Shown in pieces: positions 10,701-19,131 of a stretch of 64,000 nucleotides of DNA (the first letter of the stretch is position 1; each line of letters opens with the position of its first letter). A program made the translations under genes and the position numbers. Origin of the DNA: an uncultured Gemmatimonadales bacterium (GTDB lineage: Bacteria; Gemmatimonadota; Gemmatimonadetes; Gemmatimonadales; GWC2-71-9); NCBI GenBank assembly GCA_963798915.1, contig CAWCVB010000002.1, positions 480,001 to 544,000 on the forward strand, given 5' to 3'. The notes under the pieces are model-generated. The model did no database searches. It worked only from the letters and a program-made list of their open reading frames with translations, and was not told the origin of the DNA.

Positions 10701-11185
10701 AGTGCGCGCAGCGCGATCTCGCGCACGTCGGCGTCCTCAGCGCGCGTATTCTGCACCGTCTCCAGCAGCGCCGGCACTGCCGATGCGTTGCCTACCCGTC
10801 CCAGCAGCTCGGCAGCGAAGGCACGCTCCCGCCACCGGCGGGCCGTGCGCAGGCGTTCGGTGTACTTGTCGATGAGCCCGAGGCGATCATAGGCGTCGAG
10901 CAGCCAGGCGGGGCGGTCCTCGACTGAGCGGGCCTGTTCCTCGAGGACCGCTTCGAGCGCTTCCATGTCACGGAGCGCGCCATGCTGATGGATGACCGGT
11001 TCGAGGAGCTCGCGCTCGCGAGTGGCGAGGCCCGCCACCAGCTCGCGGTAGGGACCCTTCCGGGCGGCCAGGCGCCGCTCCAGCCGGTTGAGATAGGCGG
11101 TGTAGGCGAACCAGACGAGAATGGCGGCGGCGCCCACGACAGCCATCGCCAGCGCGGCGTAGAGAATCAGCTGGAGAAAAGTCAT
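7706..11185 (-). CDS. Membrane-anchored HEAT-repeat protein (1159 aa)
   Basis: N-terminal TM helix; many L..D....VR..AA.ALG repeats. Confidence 0.92.
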   Translation of the reverse strand: MTFLQLILYAALAMAVVGAAAILVWFAYTAYLNRLERRLAARKGPYRELVAGLATRERELLEPVIHQHGALRDMEALEAVLEEQARSVEDRPAWLLDAYDRLGLIDKYTERLRTARRWRERAFAAELLGRVGNASAVPALLETVQNTRAEDADVREIALRALARIADPRAVGPLVDALRNAEVWLAPRVADILTRHGEQVVEPMIDFLEQGGRHHARAWAASVLGEVRAHRAFPALIRALGDLEDEVRAKAAYALGRLGDRRATPYLLEHLLTDPAPFVRARIAGALGQFDDPEVIERLVRSLGDPAWWVRMRSVEALEQIGDQAEGPLLVALDDPDPELRIRSAVALERLGVPARTVKMIEENDRPEQAREILTKFAVAGARELLAELLLHPSRAVRLAVVAAIRRTGRRDLARELILGAQDADPTVRAAAFDTLRSLGQREAVPVALIAIGDSDESVRTEAVHLLGDLGGAAVTMDLRTMVSDPEIGVRAAVARALGLLGATDAAPELTRLLTDPAGSVRHAAAEAAATAGLNSLSPALVERLTDSDDRVRAAAAEALGRMGDRAAVPSLLRAFSGGSAEVRSAVTAAIAALDAGRIGDLHQALVAEKAGPGVRLAFARALADAASDGADDALVQMARDPDPAVRAESIASLGRHRSPKAAALASDGLADPDEAVRVGALNATIRLGDTSQAERIIALLAHDPSDGVRARAALAAGILGIESARSQLLRACAQEAPVEVRAAAVLALGALGDESVAGRVASMQDDAAVRAFLQARLRSDAEFRLLGMRLRQSHSLELRALASLTRTQMEEELTEGMRSVLDPAERRRVVAGLRAFQGDRSRSTLLQVVRGDPSPDVRAAALEAVAGMLDAEQLGVVARRALGDPSLAVRRTAVALFEHLPASDALPALLATVRADDDPSVLRHVAVQAQQGWDAFMDLALGSGSSGREAVVVTQVARYITHPALERLIVPLARSAEPAVREGLAKLIAVRTELATESVLQGLVADPVTSVRMAAAHAAAAGGFEVPLHSLADDPDAGVRRELAMLLRTVPGQGILPRLLGDPEPRVRAAAAVTGISRGELTMLPSDVAPAEAAGAVMDSNHLDELRETVRTSPDERHRQAAALLLVLVRDQVALEVEESDPVPAVRAAVRAMRERCR

Positions 11186-11553
11186 CAGCCGGTCAGCAGG
11201 TCGCCGGCGGTCTTGAGGAACTGGGTCACGTCCACCGGCTTGGTCAGGTAGGCGCTCACGCCCACTTCATCAGCCCAGAACCGGTCGGCATCCTGGTCCT
11301 TGGACGTGAGCATGAGCACGGGCGTCGTCGCCGTCTCCGGCAGCGCCCGCAACCGGCGGCAGGTCTGGTATCCGTTCATGCGTGGCATGACCACATCGAG
11401 CACGATGAGGTCGGGATGGTGCTCGCAGGCCAGCGAAACGCCCGCTTCGCCGTCGGATGCGGCGAAGACGCGGTACCCCGCGGTGGCGAGGCATCGCTGC
11501 AACAGTTCGCGTTCGATGACATCGTCATCAATGACAAGCACGAGGTGGCTCAT
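11185..11553 (-). CDS. Single-domain response regulator
   Basis: VLVIDDD, IVLDVVMP, MLTS, YLTKP. Confidence 0.92.
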   Translation of the reverse strand: MSHLVLVIDDDVIERELLQRCLATAGYRVFAASDGEAGVSLACEHHPDLIVLDVVMPRMNGYQTCRRLRALPETATTPVLMLTSKDQDADRFWADEVGVSAYLTKPVDVTQFLKTAGDLLTG

Positions 11554-11589
11554 GTCCGGGCCTCAGCCTTCGCCCCGGGGGTGTGGCGA

Positions 11590-12654
11590 TCAGCTCTTCT
11601 CTTCGTCGAGGAAGGTGAGCGTGGGACGATGATGGACGACAGTCTCCAGCGCCTTGTGGACCGCGGGATCAATAACCGTGCCGACCAGATCCCGGAGCCG
11701 CTCCACCGCCATGTCGGGCGGCATCTTTTCCTGGTAGGGACGGGACGTGGTCAAGGCATCGTAAATCTCGACGGCGCCAATGATGCGGGCGCCGAAGGGG
11801 ATGGCATCGCCAGCGAGCCGGTCGGGATAGCCATAACCATCGTAGCGTTCGTGGTGGCTGCGAACAAAGACGATGACGTCGTGCAGGTGCATCAGCGGGC
11901 TCAGGATCTGGGACCCGACCACCACATGCTGCTTGACGTGATCATACTCCTCATCGGTCAGCGGGCCCTGCTTGTTCAGGATTTCCTCGCGGATGCCGAT
12001 CTTGCCGATGTCGTGCAGCCGTCCCGCCGTGCGGACCCGCTCGATGGTCTCGTCATCGCAGCCCATCTCGGCCGCGATGGAGGCCGCCATGTCGGCCACC
12101 CGGGCCGAGTGACCGCGCAGGTAGGGATCCTTGGCTTCCAGCGCGTTGACCAGCGCCTCAAGCGTGGCGACCGAGATGCGTTCCAGATTCGCGCGCTCGG
12201 CCCGCACCTCCGCCGCGCGGACCGCGACCTCTTCCTTGAGCCACCGGGTGATTTCCTGGTCTTCCATCCTGGCGGCGCGCCGGGCCAGGGCGCGCTGGAT
12301 GGCCCGGCCCAGCACGTCGAGGTCGATCGGCTTGGTGAGATAGTCGAATGCGCCGCGCTGCATGCAGAGCGCGGCGGCCGTGGCATCGTTCACTGCGGTG
12401 AGCATGAGGATGGCGGCATTGGGCTCGGCCCGCAGCATCTGCGGCACGAGGTCCATGCCGCTGCCGTCAGGCAGCTTCACGTCCAGCAGGATGCAGGTGA
12501 CCTTGCTCCGCTGGAGCGCGCTGATGGCTTCCGCCGCGGTACCGGCAGTCATGACTTCGTAGCCCCGACCGGTCAGGAACCGTTTCAGGGCATTCCGGAT
12601 GGATTCCTCATCGTCTACAACGAGGACGGCGACGGGGCCATCGGCCAGGACCAA
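11590..12654 (-). CDS. Response regulator with HD-GYP c-di-GMP phosphodiesterase domain
   Basis: Receiver domain plus GHSARV, LHDIGK, HHERYDGYGYP, YDALTTSRPY. Confidence 0.93.
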   Translation of the reverse strand: MVLADGPVAVLVVDDEESIRNALKRFLTGRGYEVMTAGTAAEAISALQRSKVTCILLDVKLPDGSGMDLVPQMLRAEPNAAILMLTAVNDATAAALCMQRGAFDYLTKPIDLDVLGRAIQRALARRAARMEDQEITRWLKEEVAVRAAEVRAERANLERISVATLEALVNALEAKDPYLRGHSARVADMAASIAAEMGCDDETIERVRTAGRLHDIGKIGIREEILNKQGPLTDEEYDHVKQHVVVGSQILSPLMHLHDVIVFVRSHHERYDGYGYPDRLAGDAIPFGARIIGAVEIYDALTTSRPYQEKMPPDMAVERLRDLVGTVIDPAVHKALETVVHHRPTLTFLDEEKS

Positions 12655-12729
12655 GGGAACTCCCCTGAGAGGGAAAACCAGTGCACTAAGGTAGAGAAGC
12701 GCGCGCCGGGAGTCGAGGCCGGCACGGCA

Positions 12730-13572
12730 TCATCCGATAAAATCCACTTGCACGCGCTCGGGAATGAGTCCCGCTTCGAAGGCGCGATCCAGCAACTCGC
12801 GTACCGCTTGGCGGCCGCGCTCGCCGTAATCCACCGTCCAGTCGTTCACGTACATGCCCACGAAGGTATCGGTCCGTTCATTCCCGATGCCGCGGTTGAA
12901 CTGCATGGCATGTTCCAATGCCGGGCCGCGGTGGGCAAGGGCGTATTCGATGCTGGCGCGCAGGTCGTGGGCAATCTGCCGGGTGACGGCCTGGCCCAGG
13001 TCGCGCCGCACCACGTTGCCACCCAGCGGGAGCGGCAGGCCGGTATCGCGCATCCACCAGGCGCCGAGGTCTTCCCACAGGTGGAGACCATCGTCCGCAA
13101 AGGTGAGCTGGCCCTCGTGGATCAGGAGGCCGACCTCCACCTCACCCGCCAGGACGGCCGCCTCGATCTGGTCAAAGGGCACGACCACATGCTCGACGTC
13201 CGGCTGGTAGAGCTGGAGAGCGAGAAACGCGGTCGTGAGCGTGCCGGGGACCGCCACCCTCCGCCCGGCCAGCGCCGCCCTCGGATCGGCCGGAGCCGGC
13301 GAGGTGGCCACCAGTCGCGGGCCATAACCGTCCCCCATGGACGATCCGGACGCCAGCAGGGCGTAGGTCCGCCACAGGTACGCGTAGGCATGAATGGATA
13401 CGGCCGACACCTCGAGTTCCCCTCGCAGGGCGCGCCGGTTGAGGGATTCGATGTCGGCAAGCTCGTGCACGTAATCGAGGTCGCCTGTCTCCAGCTTGCC
13501 CTCGGCCAGCGCGTAGAACATGAAGGCATCATCGGAGTCGGGGCTATGGGCGACGTGGATGGTCTGGGGCAT
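12730..13572 (-). CDS. mqnD: 1,4-dihydroxy-6-naphthoate synthase (futalosine pathway)
   Basis: AHSPDSDDAFMFYAL, LLIHEGQLT, LPLPLGGN, FVGMYVN. Confidence 0.88.
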   Translation of the reverse strand: MPQTIHVAHSPDSDDAFMFYALAEGKLETGDLDYVHELADIESLNRRALRGELEVSAVSIHAYAYLWRTYALLASGSSMGDGYGPRLVATSPAPADPRAALAGRRVAVPGTLTTAFLALQLYQPDVEHVVVPFDQIEAAVLAGEVEVGLLIHEGQLTFADDGLHLWEDLGAWWMRDTGLPLPLGGNVVRRDLGQAVTRQIAHDLRASIEYALAHRGPALEHAMQFNRGIGNERTDTFVGMYVNDWTVDYGERGRQAVRELLDRAFEAGLIPERVQVDFIG

Positions 13573-13577
13573 GTGGC

Positions 13578-13612
13578 CGAGGGACGAGGGTCGAGGGACG
13601 AGGGACGAGGGA
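13578..13612. repeat. (CGAGGGA)x5 heptamer array
   Basis: Read directly (one variant unit). Confidence 0.85.
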
Positions 13613-13638
13613 CCGGAGAGGGAACGCGTGCGTCGCCC

Positions 13639-14445
13639 CTACCTGCCCTCCGCCTGCTTCCTGAAGTCATCAATCACATTCTTGTGGTCCGCATACTCCG
13701 GCCGGTGCGCGGCGCTTTCGGCGGGCCACGCCTTGAGGAACTCGCGATGGGCTCGCTGCAGGGCGGCGGTGTCGCCCTCGAATTCGGCAATTTCGCCCCG
13801 GACAGCATAGGCCAGCAGGTAGCCCGGCGTGAGACGGAGCATGGTATCCGCCAGCGCCAGGGCCTCGGGCAGCCGGCCGACCTGGGCGTTGAGGATGGCC
13901 GCGTGGTAGCGCTCATCCTGGGTGATGGTGTCGAGCTGGGCATAGGCGCCCAGGGCCATGGGCGTGAAGGTGACCACCGTGCTGCTGTCGCCCTGGGCTG
14001 CGGCCTGCATGATGCGGTTGTTGAGCCGGAGGAAGCGCTCCGACGGCGAGAGCTGGCTGATGTCGGGCGCCTTCCCGGTCGGCAGGGTGCCGCCTGGGTC
14101 CTGAAACGTCTGGGCCGAACTGGCGTTGCCGGCGTTGGCCATGTCGGGCGCGGCCGCGCCGCCCGGCCCGGCCAGCATCTTCCAGACAATGATGGCCAAC
14201 AGGGCGACCACCACACCGCCCGCCACCAGCCACGCGCCTCGTTCCGAGCGGCCGCCCACCGGCACGGCCGGCGCCACCCGGCCGGGTGCCGGCGCACCGC
14301 ACCGGTGGCAGAATCGGGCCTGGGCTGAAAGAGCGGCGCCGCAGGCGCCACAGGTTCGTGGGCCGAGGGCGGTTCCGCAGGCGCTGCAGAACTTGCCCTC
14401 GCCCGGCAGGCCGCAGGCAGGGCAGGTGGCGATCGGATCTGGCAT
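13639..14445 (-). CDS. Double zinc-ribbon membrane protein with helical C-terminal domain
   Basis: CPAC, CSAC, CGAC, CHRC followed by a TM helix. Confidence 0.8.
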   Translation of the reverse strand: MPDPIATCPACGLPGEGKFCSACGTALGPRTCGACGAALSAQARFCHRCGAPAPGRVAPAVPVGGRSERGAWLVAGGVVVALLAIIVWKMLAGPGGAAAPDMANAGNASSAQTFQDPGGTLPTGKAPDISQLSPSERFLRLNNRIMQAAAQGDSSTVVTFTPMALGAYAQLDTITQDERYHAAILNAQVGRLPEALALADTMLRLTPGYLLAYAVRGEIAEFEGDTAALQRAHREFLKAWPAESAAHRPEYADHKNVIDDFRKQAEGR

Positions 14446-14462
14446 AGAGGAGGAATGTAATG

Positions 14463-14588
14463 AGGGGTCAGGGAATAGGGGTTAGGGGTGCACGGCTCCG
14501 GGCCCGCGCGAAAATCCGATCGCAGCACGCCCCAGTCCCCAATCCCCAATCCCTATTCCCCAATCCCTAATCCCCAATCCCTAAATCC
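14463..14588. repeat. Inverted heptamer arrays; right arm (CCCCAAT)n resembling cyanobacterial STRR1
   Basis: GGGGTCA-GGGAATA-GGGGTTA then CCCCAGT-CCCCAAT-CCCCAAT-CCCTATT... in a divergent intergenic region. Confidence 0.85.
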
Positions 14589-14645
14589 ACCTTGCACCCT
14601 TCTCGATCCGAGCCGACATTACCCGCTCCCATTTCCTGGCCAGCG

Positions 14646-16022
14646 ATGACTGATCTCCGTCCGACCTTTCGCGACTTCCCCAGCACGCTCGCCGGCGCCA
14701 CCCGGGCCGACGTGCTTGCCCTGATCACCCGGTTCGAGGTGGACTTTCTTCGGTTGCAGTTCAGCGACATCCTGGGCGTCAACAAGAATGTCGAGGTGCC
14801 CCGGAGCCGCTTCGACAAGGCCCTGGAAGGCGAGATCATGTTCGATGGCTCGTCCATCGAGGGTTTCGTGCGGATCGAGGAGAGCGACATGCTCCTGAAG
14901 CCGGACCTCGCCACCCTCCGGATCCTGCCCTACGAGGATGAGGGTGGCCGGGTAGCCCGGCTGCTGTGCGATATCCACATGCCGGACGACTCGCCATTTG
15001 TCGGCTGCCCGCGGCTCACCCTCAAGCGCCAGCTGGAGCGCGCCCGCGCCCTTGGCTTCAGCATGATGGCGGGCTGCGAGGCGGAGTTCTTCCTCTTCGA
15101 GCGCGCCGCCGACGGGGCATCCTCCACCGTGACCCATGACGACGCCAGCTACTTCGATCTCGGCCCGGTGGACCAGGGCGAGGAGATCCGACGCGTCATC
15201 ATTGGCCAGCTGCTCACCATGGGCTTCGAGGTGGAGGCGGCGCACCACGAAGTGGCGCGTGGTCAGCACGAGATCGACTTCCGCTATGCCGACGCCCTGG
15301 TCACCGCTGACAACCTGGCCACCTTCAAGTTCATCGTGCGGAACGTCGCCTCCCGCTATGGCTACGTGGCGTCCTTCATGCCCAAGCCGATCGAGGGCAT
15401 CAACGGCAGCGGCATGCATACCCACCAGTCGCTCTTCCGCACCAGCGGAGCGAACGCCTTCCATGATCCCAAGGCGCCGCACGAGCTGAGCGGCATCGCG
15501 CTGCAGTACATCGAGGGCCTGCTGCAGCATGCGCGCGGCTTCTGCGCCATCACCAACCCGCTGGTGAACTCATACAAGCGGCTGGTGCCGGGGTACGAAG
15601 CGCCGGTCAACGTCGCATGGTCCATGCGGAATCGCTCGCCCCTGGTGCGGATTCCCGACCGGCGCGGTACCGGCACCCGCTGCGAGCTGCGCATGCCCGA
15701 CCCGAGCTGCAATCCCTACCTGGCGCTCGCGGTGCAGCTGGCCGCGGGGCTGGATGGCGTCGAGCGGAAGCTGAAGGCCCGGCCGCCGGTCAACCGCAAC
15801 ATCTTCACCATGAGCTACCGCGACCGGCGCAAGTTCCGGATCGACGAACTGCCGCGCGACCTGCATGAGGCCCTCGAGGAGTTCAAGAAGGACAAGGTGG
15901 TCACCTCGGCGCTGGGTGAGCATCTCACCGAACGGTTTCTGGAGGCCAAGCGGAAGGAAGTGGAGGACTACCAGCGGCACGTGAGCGGATGGGAAGTGGA
16001 GAGGTACTTGGGACGATACTAG
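14646..16022 (+). CDS. glnA: Glutamine synthetase type I
   Basis: FDGSSIEGF, HHEVARGQHEI, FMPKP..G.NGSGMHTHQSL, NSYKRLVPGYEAP, ELRMPDPSCNPYL. Confidence 0.96.
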   Translation: MTDLRPTFRDFPSTLAGATRADVLALITRFEVDFLRLQFSDILGVNKNVEVPRSRFDKALEGEIMFDGSSIEGFVRIEESDMLLKPDLATLRILPYEDEGGRVARLLCDIHMPDDSPFVGCPRLTLKRQLERARALGFSMMAGCEAEFFLFERAADGASSTVTHDDASYFDLGPVDQGEEIRRVIIGQLLTMGFEVEAAHHEVARGQHEIDFRYADALVTADNLATFKFIVRNVASRYGYVASFMPKPIEGINGSGMHTHQSLFRTSGANAFHDPKAPHELSGIALQYIEGLLQHARGFCAITNPLVNSYKRLVPGYEAPVNVAWSMRNRSPLVRIPDRRGTGTRCELRMPDPSCNPYLALAVQLAAGLDGVERKLKARPPVNRNIFTMSYRDRRKFRIDELPRDLHEALEEFKKDKVVTSALGEHLTERFLEAKRKEVEDYQRHVSGWEVERYLGRY

Positions 16023-16249
16023 ATGGGCGAGATGGGCAGGATGGGCGGGATGGGCAGGTGCTCGTGGGCCGTCATTCCCGCGAACGCGGGAATCCATGAG
16101 GGCTTACCCGTGGTGAATCAGCATGCCCCTGGTCCTCATGGACCCCCGCTTGCGCGGGGGTGACGATCTTGCGACGTTCGGCCCGCCCATCCCGCCCATC
16201 CCGCCCATCCCGCCCATCCCGCCCATCCCGCCCATCCCGCCCATCCCGC
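16020..16249. repeat. Composite element: 9-mer array, 96-bp inverted REP doublet (16070-16165), complementary 9-mer array (CCCGCCCAT)n
   Basis: CGTCATTCCCGCGAACGCGGGAATCCA ... TGGACCCCCGCTTGCGCGGGGGTGACG; a homologous copy lies at 37972-38067. Confidence 0.88.
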
Positions 16250-16939
16250 CTACCTTCCGTCCCACACCAGCGTCGCATTCCCAATCGGCAGCGGGACCGT
16301 GGCGCGGGCGGGAATCCGTCTCGCGTCATCCGTGATCCAGAGTTCCGACGAACGCCCCGCCGCCGCAACCCGGAGATGCAGGCAGCGCACCGATGCGCCG
16401 GAGCCGACCTTGACCGTCTCCCTGCCGAGCGCTGAGACGGTGATGGGATTGAACCCGCTGCGGAAGTAGCCATTGAGCGCGCGGGACTGTCCCGGCGCCA
16501 GCGACAGGGTGCGGATGTAGTAGAGCAGCGCCAGTTCATCCATGGGCTGGGCCGGCGCCACGAACTCCTGGCTGCTGCCTGCCAGCCGATAGCGCAATGA
16601 GTCGGGCAGGATCTGCCATTGCTCGTCGGTCACCCGACCCGCAAGATCCATGTGGCGGTGGAACTGCAGCGAGGCAAAGTCAGCCGACTCGACCCACGAG
16701 GTCAGGTCCCAACTCGACTTGAGGCCGGGCGGGCCGCCATTGGCGCTCAGCGTAAAGACGACCGCCCGCTTGCCCCGGACGGCCGCGTTCCGGGCGACGT
16801 GAATATCGGCAACGCCGGCAGGGAAGTAGCCGACCTTGGCGTCGTAGTGCAGCGTCTCGCCGACCGCGAAGGGCCAGTCGGCGCGCGCATGCGTCAACGA
16901 TCCGGCGAGCATGACTGCAATGACTGGAAGAACCCGCAC
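16250..16939 (-). CDS. DUF3108-like exported protein (start GTG 16939 or ATG 16912)
   Basis: Signal-peptide-like N-terminus; WPFAVGETLHY; DELALLYYIRT; ELWITDDARRIP. Confidence 0.75.
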   Translation of the reverse strand: MRVLPVIAVMLAGSLTHARADWPFAVGETLHYDAKVGYFPAGVADIHVARNAAVRGKRAVVFTLSANGGPPGLKSSWDLTSWVESADFASLQFHRHMDLAGRVTDEQWQILPDSLRYRLAGSSQEFVAPAQPMDELALLYYIRTLSLAPGQSRALNGYFRSGFNPITVSALGRETVKVGSGASVRCLHLRVAAAGRSSELWITDDARRIPARATVPLPIGNATLVWDGR

Positions 16940-17737
16940 GTGACTGCTCCCATGGCGTGGTGTTTCGATCTGGACGGCACCCTCTATCAGGGTAATGCCG
17001 CCATTCCCGGCGCGGCCAGACTCCTCGCGACATTGAGACGCGCCGGTGTTCCATTCCGTTGCGTCTCCAATACCACCAGCCGCTCGCGCCGGCTCCTGGG
17101 GGAGCGGCTGGCCCGTTACGGTCTCGACGTCGCTCCGGATGAAATCTTTACTGCCACCCGCGCCGGCGCATCCTGGCTGGCCCGGGCCGGCCTCAACCGG
17201 GTTGCACCGTTCGTGCCGGAGGCGGCGCTGGAAGATCTGGGCGATGTCACCCTCGTGGGCGGCACCAGCGGGGCATCCGCGTCCAGCTCGGTGGACGCCA
17301 TCGTCCTGGGCGACCTGGGCCGCGGGTGGACCCACGAGCTGGTGCAGGAAGCATTTGCCCACCTCATGGCAGGCGCGCGCTTCGTGGCGCTCTCCCGTGA
17401 CCGCTACTGGCATGATGGCGCCGGCCTCGTCATGGATTGCGGCGGCTACGTGGCGGCGCTCGAGTATGCCACCGGACAGGAGGCGGTGCTGGCCGGCAAG
17501 CCCAGTGCTGAATTCTATCACCAGGTACTGGCGTCGTTCGGCCCCGGCATCCCGGCGGCGCGGGTCACCATGGTGGGCGATGATGTCCGCTCCGACGTGG
17601 CCGGCGCCCAGGCCGCGGGCATGCGCGGCTGGCTGGTGGAGACCGGGAAGTTCAACCGGGAGGCGCTGGCCAGCAGCGGCGTCACGCCGGATCGGATCGT
17701 GCGGAGTGTCGCCGAGGTGACGGGAACAGCAGTATGA
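16940..17737 (+). CDS. HAD-IIA hydrolase (LHPP/NagD-like)
   Basis: FDLDGTLY, SNTT, AGKPS, MVGDDVRSDV, VETGKF. Confidence 0.9.
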   Translation: MTAPMAWCFDLDGTLYQGNAAIPGAARLLATLRRAGVPFRCVSNTTSRSRRLLGERLARYGLDVAPDEIFTATRAGASWLARAGLNRVAPFVPEAALEDLGDVTLVGGTSGASASSSVDAIVLGDLGRGWTHELVQEAFAHLMAGARFVALSRDRYWHDGAGLVMDCGGYVAALEYATGQEAVLAGKPSAEFYHQVLASFGPGIPAARVTMVGDDVRSDVAGAQAAGMRGWLVETGKFNREALASSGVTPDRIVRSVAEVTGTAV

Positions 17738-17744
17738 TTGTCGG

Positions 17745-18209
17745 ATGACGACTCCGCCTCCCGACATTCCGCCTCCGGCGCCGGAACCAGCCGGCGAACC
17801 GGTGCCACCGCCCCCCGATGAGAAGGCCACCCGGCGACGTCGACTGCGCCGCAAGCTGGAGCTGGGCTGGCTCAGCGTGCTGCTCTTCCTGGTACTCGGC
17901 TTTGCGCTGTACACCACCATCATGGCCAACTACGCCTACTCGACCGGCAGCAAGGCCGGTTACCTGCAGGTCTTCGAGGACCGTGGCTGGCTCTGCAAGA
18001 CCCACGAGGGCGAGTTGCTGATCACCTCGGCGCCCGGTGTGCCGACGGAAACCTGGCGCTTCAGCGTGCGCGACAAGGATCTGCTGGCAGCACTCCGGCC
18101 CGCGGTGGGGAAGCGGGTGCTGGTGTTCTACGAAGAGCATCGAGGCCTGCCGACCAGCTGCTTCGGGGCCACCAATTTCTTCGTGGATAGCGTGGTGGTG
18201 GCGCCGTAG
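17745..18209 (+). CDS. Conserved hypothetical membrane-anchored protein
   Basis: TM helix then YSTGSKAGY...GWLCKTHEGEL...FSVRD. Confidence 0.7.
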   Translation: MTTPPPDIPPPAPEPAGEPVPPPPDEKATRRRRLRRKLELGWLSVLLFLVLGFALYTTIMANYAYSTGSKAGYLQVFEDRGWLCKTHEGELLITSAPGVPTETWRFSVRDKDLLAALRPAVGKRVLVFYEEHRGLPTSCFGATNFFVDSVVVAP

Positions 18210-18407
18210 GGGTCGAGAGGTCGCGAGTCGCGGGTCGTCGGTCGTCGGTCGTCGGTCGTCGTCATTGCGAGGAGGGGCCATCGGGCCCCCTACGGGGCCC
18301 GCAATGGCCCCTCGTCGCAATATGAACTACTATGCCGACGACCGACGACCGACGACCGACGACTGATGACCGACGACTGACAACCGACGACTGACGACCG
18401 ACGACCA
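18210..18407. repeat. Inverted heptamer arrays (GTCGTCG)n/(CGACGAC)n enclosing a nested hairpin (18262-18325)
   Basis: TCATTGCGAGGAGGGGCCAT-CGGGCCCC...GGGGCCCG-CAATGGCCCCTCGTCGCAATATGA. Confidence 0.85.
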
Positions 18408-18456
18408 ATAACGCCCGCTGGCGTCCCTGCCCGGCGGGCTGTATGTTGTCCCCGAG

Positions 18457-18473
18457 GTTCGGTTTTTCTTCGG
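18457..18473 (+). promoter_or_regulatory. Candidate LexA (SOS) operator, GTTC-N7-CTTC / TTCGG direct repeat
   Basis: Lies just upstream of imuA; similar to the GTTC-N7-GTTC LexA box of Alphaproteobacteria. Confidence 0.35.
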
Positions 18474-18480
18474 GGTCATC

Positions 18481-19131
18481 ATGTCGCTCGCTGAACTGCG
18501 CCAGGAACTCGCCCAGGTCGTTCCCCCACCGGCCAAGCCGGAGGGGGTGGCCACCGGGCTGGCCCTGCTGGACCGGGCCCTGGGTGGCGCCCTGCCCAAG
18601 GGGCTGATCACCGAGATCACCGGCCCGGCCGGTTCCGGCCGCACCACGCTGCTGCGTCGCTTGGTTGAGGGAGCCATCCGCCAGGAACTGCTGGTGGCCT
18701 ATATCGACGCTGAGCGCACCCTCAACCCGCGGGACTGGGCGCACCTGGCCCGCCGGGCGGATGATGATGGCCTCTGGGTCATCCGCCCACCCGACCCTGC
18801 CCGCGCCGCCTGGTGCAGCGAACTGCTGCTCCGAAGTGGCGCCTTTCCCATCGTGATCCTGGACGGCGGACCTGTCCTGCCGCATGCCATCACCGTCCGG
18901 CTTGCCAGCATTGCGCGCGAGCATGATGCAGTGCTCATCCTGAGCCGGGCCAGGAATGACGGTCCCGCCCGGGGCGTGACCGTGGCGGTGCGCGGGCGGG
19001 CGGCCCACACCGTGGAGGTGCAGCGTGAGATCGTCATGGCGCGTCGCCTGTGTGCGCATCCCGAGGTTCCCGATCGGCGCGGTGTGGAGCGCCGACGTCA
19101 CGCACCTTCCTGGTACGGACGCGTGGGATGA
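18481..19131 (+). CDS. imuA: ImuA-like RecA-fold mutasome protein
   Basis: TGLALLDRALGGALPKGLITEITGPAGSGRTT, AYID, LLRSGAF.IVILD; first gene of the imuA-imuB-dnaE2 cassette. Confidence 0.8.
   Translation: MSLAELRQELAQVVPPPAKPEGVATGLALLDRALGGALPKGLITEITGPAGSGRTTLLRRLVEGAIRQELLVAYIDAERTLNPRDWAHLARRADDDGLWVIRPPDPARAAWCSELLLRSGAFPIVILDGGPVLPHAITVRLASIAREHDAVLILSRARNDGPARGVTVAVRGRAAHTVEVQREIVMARRLCAHPEVPDRRGVERRRHAPSWYGRVG

Noticed and set aside
11416..14328. 970-aa plus-strand ORF and similar long antisense ORFs (8801-10927, 38206-39999, 6045-7880)
   Set aside because: They are antisense to well-supported genes, as expected from high-GC codon bias.
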